Of a DNA stretch of 64,000 bases, positions 22,506 to 37,164 are shown in pieces. The stretch comes from Stylophora pistillata (Eukaryota). The stretch lies in the NCBI RefSeq assembly GCF_002571385.2, contig NW_019217786.1:927676-991675 (forward strand), in the 5' to 3' direction. Under the pieces are notes generated by a model. That model ran no database searches. It saw nothing but the letters and a program-made list of their open reading frames with translations, and had not been told where the DNA came from. The first letter of the stretch is position 1, and each line of letters opens with the position of its first letter. Made by a program: the position numbers and the translations under genes.

Positions 22506-25500
22506 TCATGAGAACTTGGCTTTTGAGAAGTCCATCTCTGGGTGTTGTTCCATGAACCTGGTGAAAAGGATCAAATATAAAATGACAATTACAATTTCAT
22601 TTGCAATTCATAAAGAGAAAGGTGGTTCACATCACTAAAAATAGTAAGTTTACAATACTTGAATAACAACACTTAAATAAGGCAAGGAGCCCAATTCACC
22701 CTTTAACTCCCCAGATCTGATTGTGAATTCTCCCCTCTTGCTGCTACACATTTCCTTATTAATAAGTTATGAGAATTTGGTGTTAGATCAAGATAATAAC
22801 TTCTACCTGATAAGTTTGAGTATTATCATTACCTGTTTGAAGGGTGATGTAAGGATATTATAGAGAAAACTTACAAGTTAATCACTTCTGGGAATTAAAG
22901 GGATAAAACCACAGGACTAATACGAGGGAGTCCTTCTTACTAAAGAAAAAGACAGGTCTCTAACATTCTAAGTGATGCAATTCATGTAAGTAAGTCAGAC
23001 ATTGGGTATTTCAATTCCATTTTTTAAGGAAGCCTCAAATCAGCCTTAAATGTGCGAGTCTGCTTCAATAACATGAAAAACTTACTTTTTCAGGATATCT
23101 TGCTTTTTCTGTTCTTCTGAAGTAGGTAATCCCATCTAACAAAAGAACAAATGTCCAAGGTTATCAAAAGTTCAAATTTTACAACTGAAGTTGACTTCTC
23201 AGAAGCCTGATATCCAGTCATGATCAACTATCTAGAGTGTGTTTTTCTGTAGTGCACTTGTAATTATTTGAGTTTTGACTCAGTTTAAGTGGAGAAATCG
23301 CTTAAATTTTCTTCAAATCCATTCATCTACAAATGACGGCCAAATGTTTAAAAGGTTGATTTTTTATTTGACAAGCGAATCTGTTACTTAAGTGAGACCA
23401 CTATACCATCTTTTTCATCATATTGTTTGGCATAAATCTGATGACCTAATTAACACTTACAGCTTTTTGTCTTTGATCAAACATCATTTTTTCCACCATT
23501 CCTCGTGTTTCATCATCTAAATCCCCTAGCTGCAGAAAAAAAACAGCCATAAATGGTCTTTACTGATGTTTTAATCAACTACGAAATAAAATTGTTAACA
23601 CTTTTGATTTCATTCTAGCATGCAAAACAGGAGCAAGGGCAACCCTTAAAATTATAACAAAAAATTATCTCTGCTGATTAACTTTTTTTTTGAAATACAG
23701 TAGCATTTTTCAAAATATTTCTGCTGGTTGACATTTACAGAGTTTGAACAACAGAGGTAAGTTCAAAAGTAATGATGGTGCTGTGTTGGTGTGGGAGAGG
23801 GGGTTGAGGTATGACAAAAATTAATTATTTTGCTTTCATATTCATCGTATCTGAGTTGATAATGTACATTAAACACTTTAAACTTCAGCGCAGAAATTTT
23901 TTACTGTTTTCAGAGCTTAACAGCTGTAATGTTTCTGCTAGAGGCATAAAACAAATATTGTTTAAAAGTAGTGATTTTATAGTTTTCTCCATAGCATTCT
24001 AACCTTTGAATTTTCTGGTTGAACTTTTTTGGTGTTAATCTCTGGATCTGTTGTCAACAGCTGTGACCACCATTCCATTTTATTAACCTGACAAAACACA
24101 CATGGGGTGATTAGTAATTGACAATAGATGGGTTTTACATTGAAAAAACATCAAAAAGTCCATGCAAACAACCATTATAGTGACTAACACAGCTCAAAAC
24201 TCAACTTTATTCAGTCACCATTTGGTGACCTAGAATCTTGAAATGGTTGCCAGAAAAAAACTAACTTCTAGCTGCCTACAAAACTGGTAGTAAAATGGCA
24301 ACTATCAATTATAATAATGCAACAACCACTAACAGTATTTTCCTGCCAAAATGACAATCTTGCTAACTTCTATCTTACAGAAAAGAACATTTTGCACAAC
24401 ATTTTGTAATCTTTAAAAGAGGGTCAAGATCTTTACAGCTAGCCAAATAACTTCTAATTGCACACCTCAAAATACTTGAAAGCTTAAGTCTTTTATGGGG
24501 AAAAGAAATTAACCCAGTTAAACTGGTTTTCACTTACTTTTTCTAGAGTGATGACAACATTTTTCTGATCCTGCAGCACCCACGAACACTCTTCAATCTT
24601 CACCTAATAAATTTAAATGGTCATCGCTGTTTAGCAAAATCCTTTGTTTATTTTGTTATTTTTAAAAATTTCCTTGCCCATGAAGGATAAATTAAATTTT
24701 AGTTACCTTCTTTGGCAGGTCCCCATCAATGATTGGAGGATGTCCTTTTAGGCCAACCTTTAAATGCTATGTACAGAGAAAGAAAGAAAAAATAATAAAA
24801 CCCAATTTTATACCTAATAGTTTACAGCAAGACAAAACAGGGAAATTCAGGAAAATAACGAGGTAATTTGACTAAAACTTTACAATGACAAGCAGAAATA
24901 TTTTAGCACTATCTACAAGTTGTTCACCAGAATTTCCTCAAAAGAAAATTTGGGCATAACATTTGAAGTGGCAAGAAGCACTAAATGCCTGTCATCAGAA
25001 TAACAAAAGTTTCACCAGAGGAAACATTTGATATATTTTTATGGCTTCACTATTACCCTCAATTCAAAATGCTACTTTCTTTTTTTTACAGCATTTTTAT
25101 AACTGATTAATACAAAATGCCACAGTTAGAAAAGAGGGAAATCAAATTGAACCACAATACTTTGGACAGCAGGCAGGGTTTTGTGTTATCATCGTTTTGT
25201 TGCAGTATGGTTCTACACAAAAAAAAATGGATGTTTTGATCATGTAACAATTACCATAAAAACACTTACAAACTGTTGTATATCCACAATTACATCTCTT
25301 CCTTTCACTTTAAAACTGACATTTAAAGGAATCCAGGCCTGAAATTCGAAAGAACTGTGACCTTTAGAAATTTACAATAATTGTGGTTATATGTCAGAGA
25401 ACAGTGACATAAAATTATATGCCAGCATTGTCAGATCTTATCAGCTAATTTGATCACAACTTCTTCATGTAAATAGGAGGAAGCTCAATGATATAAGTAT

Positions 25501-28500
25501 AAATACATCATCCAATGCTGATTTGGGACTGAACAATGTAAATTCATCACAGTGGACTGTTATACAAAATTTTATTGACACACAACCATCCAACCAGTTT
25601 ATACATTAAGGTGACATATTTTAGTGCGGGTGACTGGCTGGTGACTAGCTTGTATACAGCAGCTACCCTTCCTTCTGAAAAAAGANGTTGTTCACCAGAA
25701 TTTCCTCAAAGGAAAATTTGGGCATAACATTTGAAGTGACGAGAAGCACTAAATGCCTGTCATCAGAATAACAAAGTTTCACCACAGGAAACATTTGATA
25801 TATTTTTTTGGGTTCACTATTACCCTGAATTCAAACTACTACTTTCTTTTTTTTTTTACAACATTTTTATCACTGATTAATACAAAATGCCACAGGTAGA
25901 AAAGAGGGAAATCAAATTGAACCACAATACCATAAAATTATGCTCAATGTATATACTTTGGACAGCAGGCAGGGTTTTGTGTGATCATCGTTTTGTTGCA
26001 GTATGGTTCTACACAAAAAAAAATGGATGTTTTGATCATGTAACAATTACCATAAAAACACTTACAAACTGTTGTATATCCACAATTACATCTCTTCCTT
26101 TCACTTTAAAACTGACATTTAAAGGAATCCAGGCCTGAAATTCAAAAGAACACCTTTAGAAATTTATAATAATTGTGGTTATATGTCAGAGAACAGTGAC
26201 AAAAAGTTATATTCCAGCATTGTCAGATCTTATCAGCTAATTTGATCACAACTTCTTCATGTAAATAAGAGGAAGCTCAATGATATAAGTATAAATACAT
26301 CATCCAATGCTGATTTGGGACTGAACAATGTAAATTCATCACAGTGGACTGTTATACAAAATTCTATTGACACACAACCTTCCAACCAGTTTTTACATTA
26401 AGGTGACTTATATTTTAGTGCGGGTGACTGGCTGGTGACTAGCTTGTATACAGCAGCTACCCTTCCTTCTGAAAAAAGACATTCAGGAAAGGTGGCTGTG
26501 CACAATACAATGGCAACTTGAACCGGAAAAAATTCATCAATGCAGCAATCAGGAGATTGGTTCACTTATTGTGAAACTTTTAAAAGTTATATGTAAACTC
26601 TTAATTAAATACCAGAAAAAAGACAAGTTGCAATTTTTATTCTTCTCACTAGTGTATTTAAATTAACTCACCTCTACTTCTTGCAATGTCTGAAATAATT
26701 ATAAAGAATTGAAGTTCACATAAGTTACAAGTCAGTTGGAAAAAGAAAAAAATGTCAAGTCTTGCACACTTGACTAGATCAGGCTAACACCACAAGAGCT
26801 TGAACCAGTTTCTTACACAGTAAAGTATAACTGCTCTCCCAGATGGAAAAGTGGTCACTTTCCTTGTGTTTCCTTGATAATCAACTGGTTATAAGTCATT
26901 TGATTGTGAAATGAAAACTTACTCAAAAACCTATCCCTCTTGGACAGAAATACTGCACTGACGATTATCAAAAACTTAAATTTTTCTTCTGTTCTAACTT
27001 TTCTGAGCTCTCCAAATAATACATGACTTGTATGTATGCTCTTATGTTATAACATTTCAGGAAGCAATGAGTAATGACCTTCACTTGTAATACCAATGGT
27101 TTACTAATAATTTGATTATTATTTTGTACTCTTTACAGTAAGAAACCATAGTAATGCTGAACAGGATTTAATGCAGCAGTAGATTTTTATTTGGATGATA
27201 TAGCCATACAAGTTTTAGCAGTTGCTTGACAAGTTTACTGGTCAGTGAGATGAAGAATAAGGCTTGGTTACTCACTTGTGTCCATCTATAGTTTTCAAGG
27301 TCAGCTCCATTGCCGGAGTTAGGTTTAAGTTTTCCTTTCGCATCTTCATCTTCATCCTCAGAGCCATCAGCTTTGGCAGTCTAGCAGGGTAAAGAATAAG
27401 TAAGAATGTTAAAAGTTTTTATTATACAAAACATTAAGACAACACTAAAATCTAAAAACTAGTCACACATCACAAGCGTGAGATACTTTTTTCTGTATTC
27501 ATTAATTGTAATTTTGAAAATGTTCTGACGACTACAGAAAACACTTGAGATGTTTTCATCACTTTTAAATGACAAGAATCAAGGCTCACCTCTCCATTTT
27601 CACTCTTTTCATCTTTTTTTGTGTTTTTTTCCTCAGCCTCTTTTTGTTCTTTTTCTTTCCTTTCCTGTTCTTCTCTCTTTATTCTCTCTGCTTCTTCCTC
27701 TGTCACTTCTTGTATCTTTGCCTCTGTTTTTTGTTGTGCTTCCTTTTGGGCTTTTGCTGCTTTCAAAGATTCAGCCTCCTTTTTCTCTTTTTCCTTTTTC
27801 TGATAAACACCAAAAAAAGAGAAGTACTTTTATCTGTGTACCTGCGACAAAGTCTTGATACAGTCAGTAATAAAAACAGCTCCTCCTTAGTAAGATAAGG
27901 AAATGATAAGTAATCTTCCAGAAAAACAAGGAAGCTGTCCTTACAATTCCCACATTACTACACAGAATTTGAAATCTTGAAGCATTATGGAGCTCAAATC
28001 AACTACAGCTGGATTGAAATTGAAATTGAAATCTGAGGAATCAAACTAAATAGATCGAAGTTATTTCAAATCTACAGCATGTATGCACTCCACATTGTAT
28101 GAGCTCTCAACACTTCATGACAAAATGTATCTGATCCAGTGCTGTGAGGTGTTGCACTTTGACACATGCCAAAAAGTTAATTTCATAAATCAAGGTGTGC
28201 ATGGTATACATGATCTACCAAGTACAGAACATTTGAAGCCCAGCAGAGCCCCAGTGAATGAGTAAATAAATAAATAAATGATAAGAATCAAATAAAGTAA
28301 CATATAATTCAAACAAACCTCTTCAACTTTCTTCTGATGCTCCTTGAACTTGCTCAATACCATTTTTTCAGCATTTGCTTTCCCAGCCCCAATGAAAAAG
28401 TCTGTTTTTCTTTCCAGAAATCCAAAAAATACATCTAGCAACTGCAAAGGAACATTTTGCGATCGCATTAAACAAAAACAAGGTTATGAAAATAGATTAA

Positions 28501-29005
28501 CATAAAATGCGGCAAGAGTACCATATAACCCCAACATTAATTATGCATTCAGACTTGTAGACTTTGTTTATAAAGTTTTGTCGTGAAAGACAAAGAAGTG
28601 GAATGCAGAATTAATGTATGGGGTTATATGGTACTCTTTCCCAAAATGCTAGAGTTACAAACGAAGAAAATCAAATTTTCACCCACAGTCAAAATAGCTG
28701 AACCACAATATATTTCGCTACAACTTGAAAAGTTTGATACACGAACAGCAAGGGTGTACGACACTCCATGCACTTCACAAATGATATAGTTTTCGCGGGA
28801 AATGATAGCATCAACCACTTCCACGAAAAAAATTACTATGTTTTATCATATTTGTTCCCTTTGAAGGCATATCTATAAATCTATTCAAGAGAAAATAATT
28901 CCGGATAAATGTAATTCCATCGCGTACCTCAGCAATCCCTCCTTCGCACTGCTGTGCGATCGCGAGCAACATTCCATCAAAACGCTCTGAATGTGAATCT
29001 GCCAT
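22506..29005 (-). CDS. NUDC: Nuclear migration protein NudC (CS/p23-domain co-chaperone)
   Basis: Exons read [39 protein letters not shown], a charged coil, [125 protein letters not shown] and [16 protein letters not shown], with GT-AG borders. Confidence 0.96.
22699..22903. mobile_element. Short CCC..GGG MITE (piggyBac-like)
   Basis: CCCTTTAACTCCC..GGGAATTAAAGGG with degenerate TTAA-like flanks. Similar elements at about 36221-36396 and 49523-49732. Confidence 0.5.
24918..26479. repeat. About 770-790-bp tandem duplication in NudC, joined by a single N
   Basis: 24918-25685 and 25687-26479 are near-identical, differing by SNPs and small indels. Each contains the 69-nt NudC exon. Confidence 0.9.
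28511..28641. mobile_element. Merlin-like MITE
   Basis: GGCAAGAGTACCATATAACCCC..GGGGTTATATGGTACTCTTTCC TIRs, with near-identical 8-bp flanks TAAAATGC and CAAAATGC. Confidence 0.6.
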
Positions 29006-29245
29006 GTTCTTGACCAGCCAGGAAAGTCTCTATCAATACAAAGAGATTCGAATTTCCTACTATATCCTGTTTAAGTTTTGTGAAAAGAGAATAATTTTGT
29101 CCCAAAATCCAATCTGTCCAACGTGCTCTCGATTATCCCTTCATGTTTGAAGACACATTCTGCTACTCATATGAGAAACCTCTGGAAAATCGTCGGCTCG
29201 TCTCACTTGCAAAGTACTTTGGGAAGATTGGGAAGGGATTCGGCA
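29006..29245. promoter_or_regulatory. Putative bidirectional promoter for NudC and the F-box/WD40 gene
   Basis: Divergent ATGs at 29005 (minus) and 29246 (plus) are only 240 bp apart. Confidence 0.65.
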
Positions 29246-31336
29246 ATGGCGGACGTAGAGAGAAATATATTTTCTTTTGACGAACTTGTCAATATTTTCG
29301 GTTATCTTTCCCCTGGAGAGCTTTCTAAATGCTCTCAAGTCTGTAGAGACTGGTATGAAGCCTCCCAAGTTGGTTCTCTATGGAAGAGACATTGTTTGCA
29401 GAGGTGGAACTTCTGTCACTTGGGGAAACTGAAACCTGGTTCGTGCGCTGTTGATGCGTTTCTTCAAACATCGTGAAAAGGAGCTGGCAGGATAAGCTTC
29501 TTTTACCTGTATTTGTTCTCTATCCCCTCCCCTACTCCAGTTATATACAGAATAGAGCTTTTTGTGCTTGTTTATTCCCTCGATCGTGCCATGTTCCAAC
29601 CTTGAGAAAGTCTGAAAAGAGGGGAGAACCTATTTATTAGAGGAAATAAGTTTTCCACAGTAACAAGAGAAGTTATTTGAGTCTCAGTATTGATGCTGTT
29701 AAATTTTCAACTGTTTTTTTAGGTGATTGTAAATACAGTCGCAACAAATTAAAAGGGTGGAAATACCTACCTATTTCGATATGAATACTGCAAGATCGTT
29801 TTATCTCTCATCCACTCAAGTTTAGCCCCCTGTCCTCCCTCAAAACAAAATGGTGCATTTTAATTGGAAGAGGCATGATACATTTAATGTAGGAAAAAAT
29901 TGCAGGAATTGCATTTCTTATCATTTTAACAATTTCACAGGACATAAGAGCTTCTTTTGTTGCTTTTTGTGGTTCTCTATCAATTCATCAGTGACTAGGA
30001 TTCACCTAGTGGTGCATTGATACAGCATCTACTTGCTATTGTTCAGATTAAGCAAGTGTGGTTGTCTAACAGACCATGAATGTTCCATTTTATTACTGTC
30101 ACTTTGAACATCAAGACAAAAAATAAATAGAGGGATTTCTTTCTCTTTCAAGGAGAGAGGACATGGCAGAAGTACTATATTGCTCGAAATAAGATTGAAA
30201 CTGGTGCATCCACAGGGAGACCAAGCCAAGACTATGCATGCAAAACCTTACGTGGACATAAGAGCCAGATCACAGATGTGGTTTTTATCACAAATAATGA
30301 TATCTATAATGAGGAAATCATTGAAAAGAATGTCAATCCCATTGTTGCAAGTTGCAGTCAAGACAAGTCTGTCTGTGTGTGGAATGTGCGAGAAGGAGGA
30401 AGTCTATGGAAGAAGCAGTCTCATGAATCGTCAGTTGCCTGTCTAACAGTAGTTGCCAATAATACTCTGATGGCAAGTGGGGATGTTGAAGGGAGCATCA
30501 AGTTGTGGGACATAAATACAGAGCAAGCCACTGCATTGCAAGGAAGCCATTCTGCTGTTGTAACTTCAATGGTGTGTGGAAAAGATGTAATAGGACAAGG
30601 GAAAGGTGGAGACCAACTTCTTTTTGTTGGATTCAGAGATGGATCTGTTAAGATATGGGATCCACGACAGACGTCAAGTCCTCAATACCAGCTAACATGT
30701 TCATTTGGGTTAAATTGCGTGAAACTCCAATCTGACCATCTTATGGCCGTAGCATCTAAGTTTGAAAGCACTGTCAAGATATTTGATATACGACACCTTG
30801 CACCAGACTGCTGGAAGAGCCCTGAGCTGCAGACGCTTCAACATCCATGTGATTCAGCAGTGATTTGCCTTAGTTGGGTTCATGGAAAACAGAACCAAAT
30901 TATTGCAGGGTTCAAAAATGGTGATGTGATCCTTTGGAATACAGACACTGGGCAACAGATTCACTGTTTTAAGGGACACACAGGAGAGGTGTCATGTATC
31001 AATATGAGGGGATCAACTCTGGTAACTGCTGGCCATGATAAAACTGTGCGTTTATGGGATTTAATTTCACTTGAGTCTTTACAAACTCATACTGATCATG
31101 TGGGACCAATCACTGGGCTGCATGTTGATAGTTATCGCGTGATGTCTTCATCTAGGGATTACTCTATCAGAACATACTGTTGGTCAAAGAATTCAAGCAC
31201 TCTTGACAGTAAATACACTTTCCTTGGTGGCTCATTGCAAAGAGCAGGGAATGGCTTTGAAAAAGTACTCTGTGACTACTCTACATGTGTTGGTATGGCA
31301 AATGATGTTTTAAAAGCATACTCTTTTCAGGTATAA
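29246..31336 (+). CDS. F-box/WD40-repeat protein (FBXW-like)
   Basis: Exon 1 (29246-29438) has an F-box (DELVNIFGYLSPGELSKCSQVCRDW..LWKRHC). Exon 2 (30153-31336) is in phase and has about 7 WD40 repeats (LRGH, IKLWD, VKIWD, FKGH..VRLWD). Confidence 0.9.
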
Positions 31337-32256
31337 TTAGAAGGGTTTAAGTTAGAGACCACTAGCATTAGAGTGTGCCTAATTCTTTCTTTATTGTTCA
31401 AATTTATACAGATCTTGGATTTTCATTTTTATAACAGTATCTGATAATGTTGTGTAGCTTATTAAATTAATGTGCTTCCTTTGTTCACACACAGCTCAGA
31501 ACTAACTTTTCACTTAAATGTCCTTTTGAACTAGTCATTGACTTTTCAAAGTTTACTTTTAAAAGTGATTTTCAACTTGTCAGCTTGATACAATATCATT
31601 CTCATCCATTGAGCAAAATATTTTTTCTTTCACTAGTGCCAAAATTGTATCAAAACACCCCTTGAGTACCAAAATGCCCTCACAGGTAATATCTGTGAAA
31701 CTGATTTTTTTTTTATTTTTGCACTTTCTTATTCTTTCTTGAATTTTCAACTTTGACTTCTTCTATGTACTGGGAGTTATGTCTGTTCAATTTCTAATCT
31801 CATCATGACAAATTTTGATTTTACTTGCTCTATAAAATGAAATAAAGCCAAATTTTTTATTCCCCCTTAAGTAAATTTCTTCAATACAGGTCACAATGTG
31901 AATGACTAATGCTAGGAAATACTGAATCATAATTATAGCCTTATTACATAAACATACATTTTTATTTACATTTGAAAGTTAATTGAAATGGAACTTAATT
32001 AAATAATTTCTTGGTGAACATTGTGACCAACTGGTACCTGAAGCACATGGACCCATAATCAAAGTAATATCTTTTTAACTTGTAGTTAATACTAAAAACA
32101 ACTAGTTCTGCGGGGTCCCAGGGAGAGATTAGGCTTAGTCTTCATTTATGGTTTGTTCAAACCTTTAGGTTATCTTCTTATTTTGGCCTCCTGGTAAATT
32201 TTTCCCTTGATGATGTGACGGCCAAAATGTAATGTAAAGACAATCACATCATGAAT

Positions 32257-34628
32257 TTAAGGACCTTGTCTGATGTCTGGCTTAGCAAGCAGGTAAGACG
32301 TCTCATCTGTTTCTTGGATACTACTTGATAATTTACTTGAAATTTGGAGTTCCACCATCGATGAACTGGTGAATGATCTCCTGCAGCTCAATGAAAATTT
32401 CTGAATGCTCTGACTAAGATGACTTTGGAATTTTTCAGTGAAGAAGCAAAACAATAAGAAGTTTGCAAAGCCCTGGCTACTGTCACCAATTCCCTAAAGA
32501 ACAAAGAAAAGAAAGAAATCTAATTTATGATAAAAAATAATGCCTGCCATTCCTTCTAGAGAGGTCACGGTTTTGTAACGTGCAAATCGCGTCCCCACTT
32601 CCTTCTTTAGCAGAGTTTATTTTTAAAAGAACCTATAAAAAGTCTAGAGGCTCGCTAGGAGAAGAGGAGTAGATATTTTCTAGAGTGTTGCGTCGCCCCT
32701 AGCGATAGCCGCCCAATGAATTGTAGCCAGATTATCACGAATCAGACAGGCTCCCCTCCAGGTCTCCCTCCTCTACATCTACATGAGACAAACTTGAATC
32801 TCCACACAAACCGTGATCAAAAATAAACGGAGTTCTAGCGCGTTCCTGTTTATACTTTAGAGCTTATCTCTCACCTGATGCATAACCAATAAATTCTAGT
32901 TAATAATATTGCATTGCAGCTAATGAATTGTACTGTGTTGTGTTTTTTTTTTTTTTTTAATACAAAATCGAAATTGGCGTTCAGTGTCGCAGGTTGGTGT
33001 CGCATGCGTAAGTTTGCGTGACAGTGTGATAGCGAAACATTTTGCTGTTCACATTGTCGCATCCAGCCATTCATTGTTTTGATTTACAACGAAAAGATTA
33101 TCGTGGGCCAGTTGTAAGTTATTGAACTGCAGATTTTGAATTTATGGATGGATTGATGTCCAGTTAAAAATATGAAACCGATAGGTAGAGGGGTTTTTCA
33201 TCGATGTTTCGCGAATTGAAAAAATGGGGTCAAACTCACAGGACTTCTCGGAAATGCCAGTAATCCACATGGGAATCCAATTCTCTTGAATGTCTTGTGA
33301 CTTTGATCGTCAGAGACATGTTAGCAAAAATTGATAAACAGAAAATTGTAAGATTGGCTACTACGCCAGTCGAGAAAGAAGTTACACTAGCTGCATATCA
33401 CAACAAACTAACCTGTAGATAAAGAAAAACTATTCCGTAAGTTGTATTCAAACTGTGAACACCAGCAAACGTGTAAAGAATAAAGCGAAGTGTTCCCCAA
33501 ATGCGAACCAAAATGAATGTGACTGGAACTAGCATCAATCTTTTTTCGGCTTTGATGGCAGCTTCCTTTGATTCAGGAGAGGCAAACTGTTTTTTGTTAT
33601 CATATATCTGGGAAAAAAATTTCATAAATTCAATGTTCACGGGATAAACACTCTTAATAGCAGCATTCTGTCATCGCAGGTAGTGCTATTTATGGAGAGC
33701 ACATAACTAGAAGTATGAATACTATGAAATCATGCCCACATATGCAATGTCCATATAGGCAATCACTATGACACGCTAGAAATTAGAGGGAAATGACAAA
33801 AAAAAAAAATAGTAATAATTTTCAAAGTGCAGTGAACAACACAGCTAGTTTTGTCAAAAACCTAAAAAAAAATAAAAAAAAAAGGAATGAAACTTTCGCG
33901 TGGGAACTTTCCAGTAAGCACGCGGGGAGGCAAGGGAGGGTACACCCCAATCTAAAGAAGGACAATACTTTCCCAATCCTTGAAATACAAAAGGAACCTT
34001 CACTTACCTCCTTGCGAATTCGACACTTTAACATCAGGTAAAATATTGAGCAAAGAAAATAAGCAGATATTTCCCAGGCTTTTCCTGTAATAAACATCCA
34101 AATTTTTTTCTCCTCTTGCTTCAAACGCCCGTCAATCCAGCACCAGCCAGCACTGTCGACATTTTCTTTGCCTAACTTTCCCAATCCAAGCGCAACACTT
34201 ACAATAACCAAAGGGACCCCCCATCCGATAACGTGGAAAAACTTCACCATTACATCAGCTTTGTTACCCTGTTTGCTCGCCACAGCAGTGTACATATACA
34301 GGCCAAGAAAAACCGTCCAAAAAAACGACCAAAGCGATGCACATGTTGAAATAAAACTCTGAGCCTTACACGCATTGCTATTCTCGTCGACCAACCATAC
34401 TCCGAGTAAGTTTCCTCCGGCGATGAAGAAATCGGCGATAGAAATGTACACCAATATTCGCCTGGATTTCGATCTAAAGTCCTTCCATGCGACAAATGTT
34501 GCAATGATTAAAAAAGTTCCTAACAAAGAGAAGCTTGCAGAGATTGTCGTCAAAGCTTTGTTAACCTCCCCGGCGGCCACCGTGTCGTAGATCGTAGTTG
34601 CGACGGTGGCCTTTGTTTCAAAGAACAT
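32257..34628 (-). CDS. GPR157-like (cAMP-receptor-like) 7TM GPCR, paralog A
   Basis: Exons 34008-34628, 33413-33607 and 32257-32493, all phase 0. Motifs RRILVYISIAD, CKAQ, SFFWT, WGVP, AGWCWI, GKAWE, RIWGTLRF and GIGDSSQGFANF. Confidence 0.88.
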
Positions 34629-36747
34629 TTTGAAAGTTTCCTAATTTCAACCCTTTATATAGGCGTGGGTGTTACGTTATGAAATGAAAATGATTTAGTG
34701 TAAAATGCGAACTTCTAGAACTGGCTCCCTATCTTGTCACATGTTCTAAGCACATCACAGCTTCTATTACGTGGTTAAGTAGACCACAGTTCAGCCGTCA
34801 TCGGTCGCGCGAGGAGGTCATACGGCGTGGGGCTCTCTAACCCTAAGGAAATGCCCGTTTTCTCTTGTAACGATTTTTTTCTCGGAACATTCATTCGCTA
34901 GTATAAGATTCACAAGATATAGACTAAAGCTAAGTAACTCTGTGATAATACTGTCGAGGTAAAGAGACTGTTCTTGGTCTTGGCGCATTGTTCATCATGA
35001 TAAACATGCGCTGCACGTGAGCTAAACCTGTTCGTACTTGACGTTGAAAGGCCACAGATGAAGAGTTCTTTCCTATTATTAGCAACGAACCCTTACTGAA
35101 ATCACAAAAACAGTCACGAGCTTTTCACGTTATCAACGTTTCCTTGAATTCTTTTGTTAATCTGCACTTGGCAGCTCATCGGCATTCGAAAATTAAGTGT
35201 TTGTTTTAAGTATAGCCTTGAACGTGAACTTCTTAAAGATTTTCTCCTTTCAATTAGCGTTCCATTATTGTCATTAATTAGAAGTTAATAATAGTTATTC
35301 CATTTTAATGGTGATTAATTGTAGTTAATAAAAGCTATTTGTTTTAATTGTAGTAGTAGTTATTGTCTGAAAAGTCAATAAAGGATGTATGTTCGCATTT
35401 GTTCCGGATTTGTCACGGGTTGCTTTCGCCGCTAACTTACTGAATAATTTTACTGATCTGAAAAAGTGGCGATCAGAGAGATCGGTAGGCTTCTGTATCT
35501 CTATGCATTTTCAAAAGAATTCACCTTTCGATTCGAAAATTTCTTTTCTTTTTTTATCATGGTTTTGAGTAATTCATAAATGATGGGTCAGTAAAGTGAA
35601 TGTACCCGTTCTCATTTGCCAAGACACGTGAGTCAACGTTGAGTAATAGTCATCTAGCAGGCGTACTCACTTGTCTTTTCAAAGCGAGCGCCTTTGCTTC
35701 GCGTTCGCTCGTCGCGACAGTGTCATAAAGCAGAGTTATGTTGGTTAACCAAATAAAATTCAGGGAGTGTCGAGAGGAAGTCACCTGAACCGAAATCAAA
35801 TACTACAAAGTGGTTTTGTCGCACATCGCGGCTTTCCCTATTCAGTATGTAGCGTGACTTGATTTCCTTGAGTTTGCTTTTCAAAGAATCAACATTGCGT
35901 TACAAACAACGAAGACTGCGTTTCATTGAATTAAGTATATGTGTCTCAAAGAATCACGTTTGCGTTTCAATGAAATTAAGTTTGTGTTTCAAGGAATCAA
36001 AACAAGATACTGGTATCTTCATCAACCTTCAGGTGATGCATGAGGTTATTTTTATGATTACTTTCCTTCTTTGGGCAAAAAATGAAAGGTTCTTTTTGGA
36101 ATAAAAATATCTAAATGATGGTTTGGATCAATCTGTAGATACCCAACAGCAAGTTTCACCTTCAGTCCAAAAATCATCCTTTGACTTATTAGTGGGTTAA
36201 AGTTGGTTAAAGTTTGGTTGACCCCTTAACTCTTATGACTGAACAAGGCAGAATTTCTCCTTACAATATCCATACAATATCAAGTAGACAGGTGATGAGA
36301 ATAAATAAAAAATATACTAAATTCTTAGAACTCTTCATAAGAATTATTTGGCAGACAGTAAGGAAAATAACTTATGAGATCTCGGGAGTGAAGGGGTTAA
36401 TACTGTCTGTCATGTGATCATCATCATGTCATTAAAAGACGATACAAAAATCAATCCATCGGTCATCAGTCACTTAATTTATACATTAACCAGTCAAAAC
36501 GTTTAATATAAAGACAAATTGTAGTTTTTTTATTCCCGTTTCTTACTGTGTATTTTGAGTTAGACACCTTTGGATAGTGAATGAACTTTGCTAGATTAAT
36601 TAATTTTTTCTCTGAAATTTAATATACATGTATAGCATTTACTAATTCATGCCTTGTTGTAATATCTGACTTACTTTGCCTTAAGTATATACCTTGTTTT
36701 TCATCTAATAATAACATAGCCTCAACATGTAACTGAACAGGTTTCAA

Positions 36748-37125
36748 CCGCCGCCAGGTTAGCCCAATGGATAGTGCGCTAGACTGTTGTGCGGGAGGTC
36801 GAGGGTTCGAGCCCCGGCCGGACCAACACTCAAGGTCTTAAAATAATTGAGAAGAATTTGCTACCTTTCTATAACATCAAGAAATGATTAGATATTCTAG
36901 TCTTCTTGGATAGGGATGAATAAATGGAGGTCCCGTCTCCTGCAGGGTTGGGGTAGGAGACGTTAATTTCCTACAGACGAGATAAACTTGAACTTTATTT
37001 AGATTAATGTGTGATGGACGTCCTCCCCTGGGGTGGGATGGTGGGTTTGTTGTGAAGGCCGTAAGTTAGATAACTCATTGGGTTAATTACGTCACCTTTG
37101 TTAAATAAAGAATATTGTATTGTAT
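36748..37125 (+). mobile_element. tRNA-derived Nin-domain SINE
   Basis: A box TAGCCCAATGG, B box GGTTCGAGCCC, Nin-like core, and a (TTGTA)n tail. Confidence 0.75.
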
Positions 37126-37164
37126 TGTTTAAGGCAATACTTTCTATAAAATAAAGTCTGTTTG

